From NCBI GenBank assembly GCA_965655095.1, contig OZ296652.1:88598001-88662000 (forward strand): a DNA stretch of 64,000 bases, written 5' to 3'. Source of the stretch: Haplodiscus bocki (Eukaryota). A program made the translations under genes and the position numbers. Below, in pieces: positions 50,401 to 62,400 of this stretch. Below the pieces are notes generated by a model. The model ran no database searches, was not told where the DNA came from, and saw nothing but the letters and a program-made list of their open reading frames with translations. How positions within the stretch are numbered: position 1 is the first letter of the stretch; every line of letters starts with the position of its first letter.

Positions 50401-53400
50401 TGAAATGCCTTAAAACTTTGTTGAAAGGCTTGAAGAAGCTCGAAGCCAGCTTCACAAAAGGGGGGGGGCTTGAGGAAGTGGGGAGGTGGAAGCAGGAGGT
50501 TCGAAGGAAGGGCGAATGAGGGGAGTTTTCAGGAAGTGCGGTAGGTGTTGTTCAATATGTCAGGGAGTGGGGTTTGAAGATCGAAAAGCAGGTTGAAGAA
50601 GTGTGGTGTGGTTGAGGAAGTGGAGGGGGGTTGAAGGAAATGGATGGGCTACAGGAGGTGAGGGAGGATTGAAGTTTTTTCTGGTGGGGGGGGGGTTGGA
50701 AGTTGGACGTTAGCTTGAAAACCTGGGTTGATAGGCTCGCGCATTTGGAGGTGGGCATGAAAGAGTTAAGGGTTGTCTTGAGGAAGTAGGAAGGGGCTTG
50801 ATGAAGTGACAGGTGCAGGCCTTGAAGAAGTTGGGGGCTTGATAAAACGGAAGGGTGGGGCTGGGATCAATGGGGCTGGAAAAAATGGGTGAGACGAGGG
50901 GGGTATGAAGTGGGTGGGGCTGGAAGAAGTAGAGAAGGATGCTAGAAGAAATAGGAGAGAGCTATGAAGAAGTTATTGGAGGGAATCTTGATGAACTCGG
51001 TGTCTTGAAAAATAGGGTGGCTGGGACAAGTGGAGCTCGAAGAATTGGGGCGACGAGGCTTGGGCTGCACGAACAGAAGGGAGATGCTTGAAGATGTGGT
51101 GGAGGGTTCGAAGAAGTTGGGCAGGAAGAAACGGGGAGGTCTTGAATTGGAGTCAGTGGGCTGTAGATGTTGTTTGTAGCGGGAGGTATCTTGAAGAAGT
51201 TGGGAGCATAACGAAGTGCGGAGAACTTGAAGAAGTGGGGGGAGTATCAACAATGAGAAGACAGTTGAAACTGCGGGGGGCTTGAAGAAGTGTGCGGAAA
51301 CTTGAGGCAGCAAGGAACTTGGGCTCGTACAACTGGAGTTGGGACTGGAAGAAAATGGGAATAGGGCTGGAGGAACTGCGAGGGGCTTGAGGAATTGGGC
51401 GGCTGGGACAAGTAGGTGCATGAACAATTGTGCTGGGCTTGGAGGAGTGGAGAAGTTAGGTTTTGAGAAGTGGAGAGGACTGTCTGAAGATGTGAAATGG
51501 TTGAGGATTTGCGATGAGGCGCGAAGAAGTGGTTTGATGGGCTCGAAGAACTGAAGGAGAGCTTCAATTTGTGTGTGGCCTCGAAGATGTGGGAATGGGT
51601 GTCCTGGAGATGTTGCGGTTATAAGGAAAAAGGGGCTCGAAAAGTTAGGGGAGGGGGGCTTGAAGAATCGCAGTTTGACGAAATCGGGAGGGCTTGAAGA
51701 AGTTGGGGGCTGGCTTGAAGAAGTGTTGGGGAACTTGAAGAAGCAGGGATGGTGGGCACGCACAAGTGAAGTTGGCACTTGAAATTGGTGGGTATACGGC
51801 TTGACAAAGTGCGAGGGGCTTGAGGAATTGGGCGGCTGGAACAACTAGGGATTTGAACAGGAGTGCCGGGCTGGGAGAAGTGAAGAAGTTGGGCTTGAAG
51901 GTCTGGAAAGAGCTCCCTGAAAATGTGGAAAGGTTGAAGATTTGTTAGGTCGCGTGAAGCAGTGGTTTAGCGGGATCGAAGAACTGAGGGAGAGCTTCAA
52001 TTGAGACATATCACATAGGTACATATAGGATTGAACATATAAGAACGGGTTTCTTGAAGAAATTGGCGACGTAATGAAACAGCGGGCTTGAAGGGGTACG
52101 GGAAAGGGGGCTTGATGGAAGGGAGTTTGAAGAAATTGGGAGGGGACATGAAGAAAATTTGAAGGGAGTTTTGAAAAAAAATATAGAGGGCGGATGCTTG
52201 AGGAAATGAGAGGGGGGTTGAAGAGAAAGGTATGAATTGATTGGGAGGGCTTGAAACTGTCGGATGAACAAAAAAGTGACGGAGGCTGGAAGAAGTAGAG
52301 GGGGTGGATTATAGAGGTTGGGTATAGGCGGGATTGGGGGGGGGGCGTTGAAGAAGTCTGGGACGTAACAAAGTACGGAGGGTCTGAAGAAATTGGCGAC
52401 GTAATGAAGAAGCGGGCTTGAAGGGGTACGGGAGGGGGGCTTGATGGAAGGGAGTTTGAAGAAATTGGGAGGGGACATGAAGAAAATTAGAAGGGAGTTT
52501 TGAGAAAAATATAGAGGGCGGATGCTTGAGGAAATGAGAGGGGGGTTGAAGAGAAAGGTATGAAGTAATTGGGAGGGCTTGAAACTGTCGGATGAACAAA
52601 AAAGTGACGGAGGCTGGAAGAAGTAGAGGGGGTGGATTGTAGAGGTTGGGTATAGGCGGGAGCGGGGGGGGGGCGTTGAAGAAGTCTGGGACGTAACAAA
52701 GTACGGAGGGTCTGAAGAAGTTGAGGGCTTGCTGGATTAAATGTGCGGGAAGTTGAGGAAGCATGAATGGTGGGCTCGTACAAGTGGAGTTCAGACTTGA
52801 AGAAGTTAAGGATGGGGCTTGAGGAAGTTCGAGGGGCTTGAGGGATTGAGCGGCTTGAACAATCAGGGGCTTGGAAAAGTGTGCGAGGTTTGGAGATAAG
52901 AAGTTGTGCTTGAAGAAGTGGGATGGGCTTCCTGAAGATGTGGAAGGGTTGAGGATTTGTGATGAGGCGCTAAGAAATGCTTTGGGGGCTTGAAGACTTG
53001 AGGGAGAGCTTCAAGTTGTGTATGGGCTTGAGGATGTAAGAATGGGTGTCTTGAAGATGATGGGGGCATAAAGAAAAAAGGGTTCGATAGAATAGGGAGG
53101 TAGTCTTTAAGAAAGGGGTTTTCAAGAAATTGGGAGGGGAAATGAAGAAAAAAAGAAGGGAGTTTTGAGGAAATTTTAGAGGGGGATGCTTGAAGAAATA
53201 GCGGTGGGGCATGAAGAATGTGGGGGCTTGAAGAGTTTGGGGTCTTGAGGAAATTGGTAAGGCTAGAACTTTTTGGGGCGGCGTGTAGAGTTGGTGAGGT
53301 CTTGAAGATGTGGGGGCTGCCTCGAAGAATTGAGAGGGGGCTCGAAGACGAGAGGATGGCTTGAAGAAGTAGCAGGAGGGGGTGACAAGTGGAGCCTAAA

Positions 53401-56400
53401 CAATGGGGGAAGTGGGGGTTGGGCTGAACGAGAAAAAAGTAGATGCCGGGAGAAGTTTGAGAGGGCTGGAATAAGTTGAGGGAATTAAGAATTGAGGCAG
53501 GCCTGAAGAAGTGGAGCGGATGGTTTGTAAAGGTTGGGTGAATGAAGAAGTAGGAAGTAGGGATTTGAAGAGTTTGGGGGCATTGCGAAGTGCAGAGGCC
53601 TTGAATCAATGTGTGGGGCGGAGGCTTACCAACGAGTACAGTGTTGAAGATGTGGGGGCTTGCTTAAAGAAATGTAGGGAACTTGGATAAGTAGGGATGA
53701 TGGGCTCAAACAAGTGGAAATGGGAGTTGAAGGAGTTGGGGATAGGGTTTGAGGAAGTGCAAGGCGCTTGATGGAATGGACGGCTTGAACATGTTGGGGC
53801 TTGAATAAGTGTTCGGGACTTGGAAATGTGAAGAAGTTGGGCTGGATGAAGTGGGGAGGACTGCCTGAGGACGTGGAAGAGCTAGAGTTTTGCGGGGAGG
53901 CGCCAAGAAGTGGTTTGGGGGCTCGAAGAAGTGAGGCAGAGCTTCAAGTAGTCTGGGGTCTTGAAGTTGTAAGAATGGGTTTCCTGAAGATGTTGCGGCA
54001 TAAAGAAAAATTGGGCTCGAAGGTGTATTGGAGGGGAGCTTGAAGAAAGGGTGCTTGAAGAAATTAGCAGTGGAAATGAAGAAAATAAGAAGGGAGATTT
54101 GAGAAATGTGTAGGGATTGGAGAAGTATGGTAACGAGCTCAAATTTCTGTGGGGTCTTCTGAGGAACTGGGAGGGGGCTTGAAGAGGAAAGGAGAGCTTG
54201 AAGAAGCAGGGTTGATGAGCTCGAGCAATCGGAGTTGGGGCTTGAAGATGTTGGGGATAGGGTTTCCGCAAGTGCTGGGGGTTTGAAGAAATGGGGGGGG
54301 GGGTTAAAGAATGAGATGTTGGTTGAAGAAATGGGTGCTTGAAGAAGTGGGGGTCTGCTTGAAAAATTGTGCCGGTATCTTCAAGTAGCTGGGTTGATGA
54401 GCTCTTTTTAAAAAAATGGGGGTTTGAAAAAATTATGGAGGGGGCTTTAGGACACGCGAGGGTCTTGAAGAAGTGAAGGAGGGGCTCAACCATGTAGGAC
54501 TTGAAGAATTGCGGCGTCAGGAAGTAGGGAGCGGTGGTTGGTGGCTTGAAGAAATGTGTGTGGGGCCTGAAGAAGTGGGGGGTTGGGTGAGGCGGTTTGA
54601 AGGAGTTGGAGGCTTGAATGTGCGGGGGGCTTGAGGAAGTTGGGAGGCGGGCTCGGAGAGATGGGGGCATGAAGAGAAGGAGCTAGAGCAAGATGGGAGG
54701 ACGGTCTTGAACAAAGAGACAGGGGACTTGAAGAACTTCAGTGAACTTGAAGATGTGGGAGGAGACTTGAGGAATTGTGGGGGGGGGGGGGGGGTTGAAG
54801 TAGTTGAAAGGGTTTGAAGAAAATTCGGGGCGGGGGCCTTGAAGAAGTGGGGGACGGAGGAGGGTGCTTGAAAAAGTGGGAGGGGGTTGAACAACTGAGT
54901 GCTTAAAAAACTGCGGTGATGGGTTGGGTTGGGCTGGAAAACGTGAGGTGGGATGCTCGAAGATCTGAGAGGGTTGAAGAAGTGGGAGGGGCGCGATGAA
55001 GTGTGGGAGGTGCTCGAGAAAGTATGGGGAGGATCGAAGAAAAAGGGGAGAAGGTTTAGTTTGGGGTGGGCTTGAACAATTAGGAAGCGAGCATGAAACA
55101 ATGGAGTGGGGGCTTGAACCAATAGTGGGGGCTGGAGGAAGTGGAGCGTACTTGATGAAGTGGGAGGCGAGCTGGAGGAAGCTCGGTGGGGGTTCGCTGG
55201 AACAAGTGTAGGGGAACATGAAGAAGCTGGGATGATGGGCTCTGATAAAAGGATGGGGCCTGAGGAAGCTAGGGAGTGGGGTTTTGTGAAATCCGAGGAC
55301 GCTGAAAATGTGGTGGGGGCTCGACCAACTAGCGCTTGTAGAAGGGGGGTGAGGAAGTGGGAGGTGGGTAGGTGGTTTAAAGCGGTGTGTGTGCGGGAAG
55401 GGGGGCTTGAAAAAGGGGGGGTTGGGAGAGAGTCGGTTTGGAAGAGGTGGAGAATTGACTGTGTGAGGGGGATGCTTGAAGATTCCGGAGTGTTTAGGAA
55501 GTTGAAGTGGGCGCGAAGATTCCGGTTAGGTGCTTGAGGAAGTGATGTAGGTTTTCAAGAAGTCGGGGCCTTGAATATGTCGGAATAAGCTGTCTGCAAG
55601 AAGTTGGGGCCATAAAAGAGAAGAGACCTTGAATAGGTGGGAAGGAATGATTTGAAAAGTGGTTTAAACGATCGGGAGGGGGGTTAAAGTTTTGGGAGGG
55701 GGCTGAAAGAAATGTGGTGCGGGCTAGAAGAAGTGAGAGTACGAGCTTGAAAACTGGTGAGGTGGCTGCGGCGTTCAAGAAGTAGGCGGGGGTTCGGAAC
55801 AAATGGGTGGGGGAGGGGGCTTGAAGAAATAGGAGTGGGCTTGAAGAAGTGCTGAGGGGGGAAGTTGGAGATTCGAGAGGATGTTCGAAAGTGGTTTGAA
55901 AATTGAAAATGTGCCGGAGCTGGGTTGGAAGAAAAAGCAAACGGTTGAAGAAGGGGGGGGTAGAGATTGAAAATGCGGGAAGGGGGTGCTCGAGGTTTTT
56001 ATGGGGTTGGGCTTGTAAAAGTGGGGAGGGCTTGAACGAATGGAGAAGCTGGTTTGTAGAAGTTGAGGGAGGTGGGGTGGGGCTTGATGATTTTGAGGAC
56101 ATGGAGAGTTGGGGAAGATGTGAAGGAGTGGGACGGGGGTGGGAGTGGTGGGGGTTTGAGGAAGTAGAGGCTGAAGAAGGGCTTGAAGAAGTTACGCTGA
56201 CGTGCTCGGACAAGTGGAGCGGGATAGGAAAGTGTTAGGTGGTCCTGAGGATGGAAGTGGGGGCCTAAAAAGTGCGGAGGGCTTGAAAAGTGGCACGAGG
56301 GGCCCTTGAAGATATCGGGGGATGAGAGATGGGGCTTGAGAAAGTTGAGGGCTGGAAAAAAGGGGATGAGGGAGACTTGAACAGTTGCAGCTTTAAGAAA

Positions 56401-59400
56401 TGGACTGGAGAGTGGATGACCTGAAAGAAAGACGGAGTGTTTCTTGACGTTTTGGGACAAGGGATTGAAGAATTTCGGTGTTTGAAGGAATGGGGGAGCT
56501 TGAATAACTTGGGGGCGTGAAGGACTTTGGAGGGCTTGAATTGGTTGGTGGGAGTTCGAAGGATGAAAAGTGAGTTGAAGAAACTGGGGTGGTTTGAAAG
56601 ACTGTGGGTATGCTTAAAAAAGTATGGGGGAATTTGAAGAAGCTGGGATGATGGGCTCTGAAAAAAGGTTGCGGGCTTGAGGAAGCTGGAAAGGGGGGCC
56701 TTAGGAAATGCGAGGGTCTTGAAAAAGTGGCGGGTTGATCGACCATATAGGGCCGGAAAATTTGGGGGATCAGGACGTGGGAGGGGGGTTTTTGGTGTGA
56801 CGAAGTGTGGTTTGAGCTGGAAGAATTGGGGTTGGAGAAGTTGGAAGCCGGCTTGAAGAACTTGGGGTATGGAGAAGTGGAGAGGGTTCGAAGAGGTGTC
56901 GGGGGGGGATTGAAGAAGCTAGGCTGACGGGCTCGAATAAGTGGAGGGAGGATATGAAGGAATTGGGTTGTCTTGAGGAAAGAGGTGGGGTGTTGAAGAG
57001 TGGGGATGGTTGAAGAGCTGGGAGGGGCTGGTTGCGGTACTGGGTGGGGGCTTTGAAGAAAGGTTGGGGGGAGGGTTGAGGGAAGGGTGGGGGGTTGATT
57101 AAAATTTGGAGGGCAAAGTAATTGGTGGGGGTTACTTGAAAATTTTGGGGAAGTGTTTCAAGAAATGAGAAAGATTTTCTCGAAGATGTGTCGGTTGGAG
57201 GTTAAAAGAACGGTTGGACGGTTGAAGTATTGGGGTGAATTGAGGAATTGAAAACCGGTGGGTTGTTTCATGGAGAGATGAGATGGAGAAAGCAAATGAA
57301 GAGGGGGCTAATGGAGAAGAGGGTTGAAGGACAGTGGTTGAAAATGCGGGGCTGGTGTAGGTTGAAGACGTTTTGGTAGAATGGTTTGAAGAATGGGAGG
57401 ACAGTTGAAGTAGATGGGGGAAAGTTGGGATTGTGAAAACGAAGGCGATTGAAGAAGTGGGGATTGAAGTACTGGGGGAAAGGCTGAAGTGTTTGGGGCT
57501 CGAGGAAGTGGGGGTTGAAGAAATGGGAGGGAGGTTGAAGAAGTTGGAGTGGGGTTGAAATTGAATAAAGGGTTGTGGAATGGGGGATTGAGGAGTTTTG
57601 GGGTTGGGGGTTGAAGAAATTGGGGGGGGGGGGGTGAAAGAAAGGGCGTGGAAGAAGTGGGAGGGTCGTTGACGAAGCGAAGGGAGGCTGGAATAAATTG
57701 GGAGGTGGGGGTTTCAAGAAAAAGTTTTTTCGGCTTGAAGGTGAACGGGTTGATGCTTGATAGAATGGAGCTAGGGAGGGTACTTTTAAAGAAGTGCAGA
57801 AAGGATGAAGAAGTGTGTGGTTGGGAAATATGGTTGAAGAAGTGAGAGGGTTGAAGATGTTAGTGGTTTTGAAGAAAAGGAGGAAAGTGGTAGAACTGAT
57901 GACGGAGAGAGAGATGTTCAAGAAAAGGGGGAGTAGAGTAAGTATAGGTGGAAGGGTTAAGAAAGAAGGAAGGAAGTAATAATAGAAAAGTGAAGGAATT
58001 GGGGGAGACGTGAACAAAAGGGGAGGTGAACAAACATCACATCTTTAAGAAATGATGTGAAGGACTCGTAGAAACAGGGGGCATGAAAAAAGTGGTGGGG
58101 GAGAACGGGGGCTCAGCGAAGTGCAGATGTTGGTAGGGTAATCAAGGAAGTGGGGGTGGGGGGGTTGAAGAAGTCTTGGGAAGGGAGAAGAAGTTCGAAA
58201 AAATGGGGGCGTGTGGAAGAAGTATGCGAGGAGGTTTGACGAGGTGTTGAGTTGAAGAAATGGGGATGGGATTGATGAAGTAAGGGGAGGTTGAAGAAGT
58301 GGGGGATGAGGTTAAGTAATTAAGGAGGGTTCGCGGAATGGGTTTGTTCAAGGAGTGAGGGCGTCTTGAAGAAATACGATTGGTTTCGATGAATTGGGAG
58401 AGTGGTTGATGAAGTGGGTGGGTGGTTGAAAAATTGGTAGGGGGCTTGAAGAGTGGGAGGCTTGAAGAAAAAGATGTTGGGAAAAGAGGATTGAGTGAGT
58501 GGAAAGGGAAAACAAGGGGATTGAGGTATTGGGGGCGTGGAAGGTTTGAAGAAGCGAGGGGGTCTAAACAGGTGTTCGAGTGGATTTCAAAGAAAGGCGG
58601 GACGGTTGAAAAAGTAACTGGAAAGGGTTGAATAAGTTAGGAGCGGGGTCTGGTTGAAAGAAGCGGGGACGGGAATCGAAGAAGTAATGCAAAGATTTTG
58701 AAGAAGTTGGCTGATGTGTGTGAGTTGGATGACGTGGGGTGAAAACGTTTGAAGAAGTGGCGGAAGTGAGGGTGGGTTTGAAGAGTTGCGGCGGAGTAGG
58801 CTTGAAGAAGTGGGAAGTGGTCGGGGGCATTATGGTTGGGGGGGTTGAAATTAGGAGGCGGGTTGAAGAGTGGGGTATTGGAAGTTGGTTGAAGACTGGG
58901 GGGCTGAAAATTGGACGGTTAAAAAGTGAAGGTGGGTGTTGGATTTTTGGTGTTTGGAAGACTTGGGGGTTGAAGATTTTGGAGGTTGATGAAATGGGGA
59001 GGAGGTTAATGAATTGGGAGCTGCATGGAGTGGGTTGTTGGTTGAAAGATCGGAGTGTTGTTTGATAAATTGAGAGGATGGTGAAGAACTGGAAGGGGGA
59101 TGTTGAAGATTTGGGTGGGAGAGTCGAAGGAGTGAGTGGGTAGAAGATTTGGGGAGGGGTTTGAAGAAATAGGGGGAAGAAAAAAAGGTGTGGGAGTTGT
59201 TTGAAGAATCAGGGGGACGGGGTTGAGGAAGTATGGGGAGGGTTTTAGGAAGTGTTTTTGGGGGGGGGGGATTGAAGAAGTGGGCGAGAGGATTGAAGAA
59301 CTGGGGGGGGAGACGTGGAGGAGGTTGAAAAGAAGGGGGGCTGAAGAAAACGGGGTTCAAGGAAGCAGTAGTGGGTTGAATCAAGGAGAGGGCAGCTGAA

Positions 59401-62400
59401 AAAAACTGGAAGGAGATCCTGAGATATTGGGGAAGGGGGTAGGATCGAGGGGAGTTTTGAAAACTTCGGGGAGTCTAGGGAGTTTTGAAGAACCTGGAGG
59501 GTGGAAGTTGAAGAAGTGGTGTATGCGGTTGAAGAAGTGGAGGGGGCTGAAACAGTGAGAATTGGGCAGAGCTGGAAGAGATTGGGAAGGGGAGGGGTTG
59601 ATGAACTCCTGGTGGGTTTGAAGAAATGAGCGAGGGGCTTTTGAAGAGAAAAGGATGATTCAAAAAAAGGAGAGGATGTGAACAGATGGATTGAGGGGTG
59701 AAGAAGAAGGTGGGCTGGAACAATTGCTTGAGGTGGGGGCTTGATGAAGTGAGGACAGACCGGGGGAAGTTTGAAGAAAGGGAAAGGGGAGGTCCGAAGA
59801 AGCGGGCAATGAGGGTAGGTAGGAAAAAATATGGGTGTTGAGGAACTGTGAGGGGATCGAAAAAAGTGGTGGGGGTTGAAGCAACGGGAGGGGGTTTGAA
59901 AAAAACGGCTGGAAAGGGGATGAGGAAGTCGCGGGTGGGCGGGACGGGGGCGTCAAAAAGTGAAGGGGGGTTAAAGACTTGATGAGGTGGATATGGATGA
60001 AGTGGGAGTGGGTTGAGAAGCCGTTGAAAAATTGGGGGGTTGAGAAAGTGAAGGAAGGCGGTGACTTTTACAGAAATGTGAGGTGGGTGTTGATGAGGTG
60101 TGGGAGGGGTTCTGAAAAATAGGGGGGGGGCGGATGGGATACTGGTTGAGGGGTTTGAGGGTTTGTGGAGGATTGAGGATGTGGGGGTATGAAGATTTAG
60201 GCTTTTCTTTCTTTTGAATAATTGGCGTCGGCAGTGTTGTAGAAGTGCTGTTAGTGATGAAAAATGAGGGGGGTGCGGGGTTACAGAAGGGGGTTGTTGA
60301 GGAAATGGGGTCGTGTTGAAGAAATAAGAGGGGTTTGGAGAAGTGTGAGGGTGGTTGGAAAAGTGGCAGGTTCATTGAGGTAAATGGTGTGGGGCTGAAA
60401 AAAAGGGAGGAGGGGCTTGAAAAAATAAGGTTAGAGTGGAATTTTGAAGAAGTCTTGGGAGCTTGAAGGAAAAGGGAGGAAGCCCTTGAGAAAATGAAGT
60501 TGGAGTGGGATTCTGAAGAAGTGTGTGGAGGGGGGCGGTGTTGAAGATGCTTTGGTGGTCCTAAAAAGTTGGTACGGTTGTAGAACTGGGGGAAAGTAGA
60601 AGTACTTGGGGGTTTGAAAAACTGGGGGTTGAGAAAGGGGGGTGTGAATTTGTGGGAGGTAGGTTGGAGAAGTGGGAATGGGTTTGAAGTAGAGGGACGG
60701 GGTGGGGAACGGGGTGATTGAGGTAGTTTGGGGGTAGGGTTTGATGGAAATGGATGTTGGGCGTTGAGGAATGGCTTGAAAGAAATGGGGAGGTGGGGGT
60801 CTTCAAGAAAAGATGTTAGGGGCCTGAAGATATGCGGGTTGCGGTTCGAAAGAATGAAGGAAGGGAGGGAAATTTTGAAGAAATGCCGGGGGTTTGAACA
60901 AGTGTGTGGGTGGGGTTGATGAAATGGGGTTTTCAGGAAAAGGTAAGTTGAAAAATGAAAGGGTGGGTTGAAGAGGTGAGGGGGTATAAGAAATTAGGGG
61001 TTTTCAAGAAAGGGAGGAAGGTGTTAGAAGCGATGAGGGGGAGGCAGGGTTAGGAAACGGGAGAGTTGAGAAGGTTAAGGGGGGTTTCAGGAAGGGGGTG
61101 GAAGAAGTTGGAGAGATGTTGACGAATTGGGAGGGAGGCGTGAACAAATGGAGAGGTGGGGGTTTGAAGAATTGATATGAGGGTTTTGTAGAAACAAGCG
61201 GGCATGAAAATGTTTGGGGGAGGTGAAGGAGCTGAAAGAACTCGAGGGACGTTAGGGGGCTCAAGCAAGTGGGAAGGAAGGTAAGGGTTCTGAAGAAGTG
61301 TGGGTGGGATGGAGATTCGGAGGAAAAAGAGGGTTTGTGAGGGAAGTTTCCGAGGGGGCTTGAGGAGGTGGAGGTTTGAGAAAACGGGATGGTTTTCAAG
61401 AAGTGGGAGGGTGGTTGAAGAAGTAGGTCGATGGTTGAAGAAGTAGGTGGGTGGTTGAGGTATTGGTAGGGGGCATGAAGATGTAGGGGGCTTGAACAGA
61501 AAATGTTGGGAAAAAGGGATTGATTAAGTGGAAGGGGAAGACGAGGGGAATGGAATATTGGGGGCGTGGTGGGTTTGAAAAAGTTGGAGGGGTATTGAAG
61601 AGGTATTGGAGGAGGTTTGATTGGAGGACGGTTGGGAAACTGGGGAGGGAGGATTAGGTACTGGCGGGAAGGGGGTTGTTGAAAGGGTCGGGAGGATGTT
61701 CGAAACGTGGGGGGCTAGTTTCAAGAAGTGGGAGGGGCCTTTTTCAAACAAGTGGGGGGTGTTCACAAAATGCGAGGAAGGTTGAAGTTGCGTGGCAGGG
61801 GGGAATGAGAAAGTGAAGAATGGTGGAGGGGTTAATGAAATAATGGGTGAAGAAGTGGAGGTTGAAGATGTGTGGGAGGTTGCGTCAACAATGGGGCGAC
61901 GGGTGGAGTAGTGGAGGGAGAGAGTTGAAGAAGTGGGAACGTGGGGTTGGGGGCGGTAGGGTTGAAGAAGGGGGATTGAACAAAGGGGTTGAAGAAAGAG
62001 GGTGTAGTAAACAATGGGGTGTTGAAGAAAAGGCCGTTGAAGAAGGGGAGGTTTGGTGATGTTGTGCTGGTTATGAAGGAATTTGGAAAGGCAGTTTGAC
62101 GTATGGGAGGAGGTTGAAATAATGGGCGGATTGTTGAGCACGTGGAAATAGGGGAAGTGTAGAAGTGGGGTGGTTTAAGAATTGAGGGGGGGGGTTGATG
62201 AATGGGGAGAACCGAGGAAGTTCGGATGTTGGAAGAAGTGAGGGAAAGATGGGGAATTTCCATGAAGTGCAAATGAAGGGGAGGTTTTACGAAGTGTACG
62301 GGGGTTTGAGAAAGGGACGTTGATGAAATTGGGGGGAAGGCGGGTTGAAGAAGTGTGAGAAATGTGGGATGGTGTTTAAAAAATAAAAGGAGTGTTGAGG

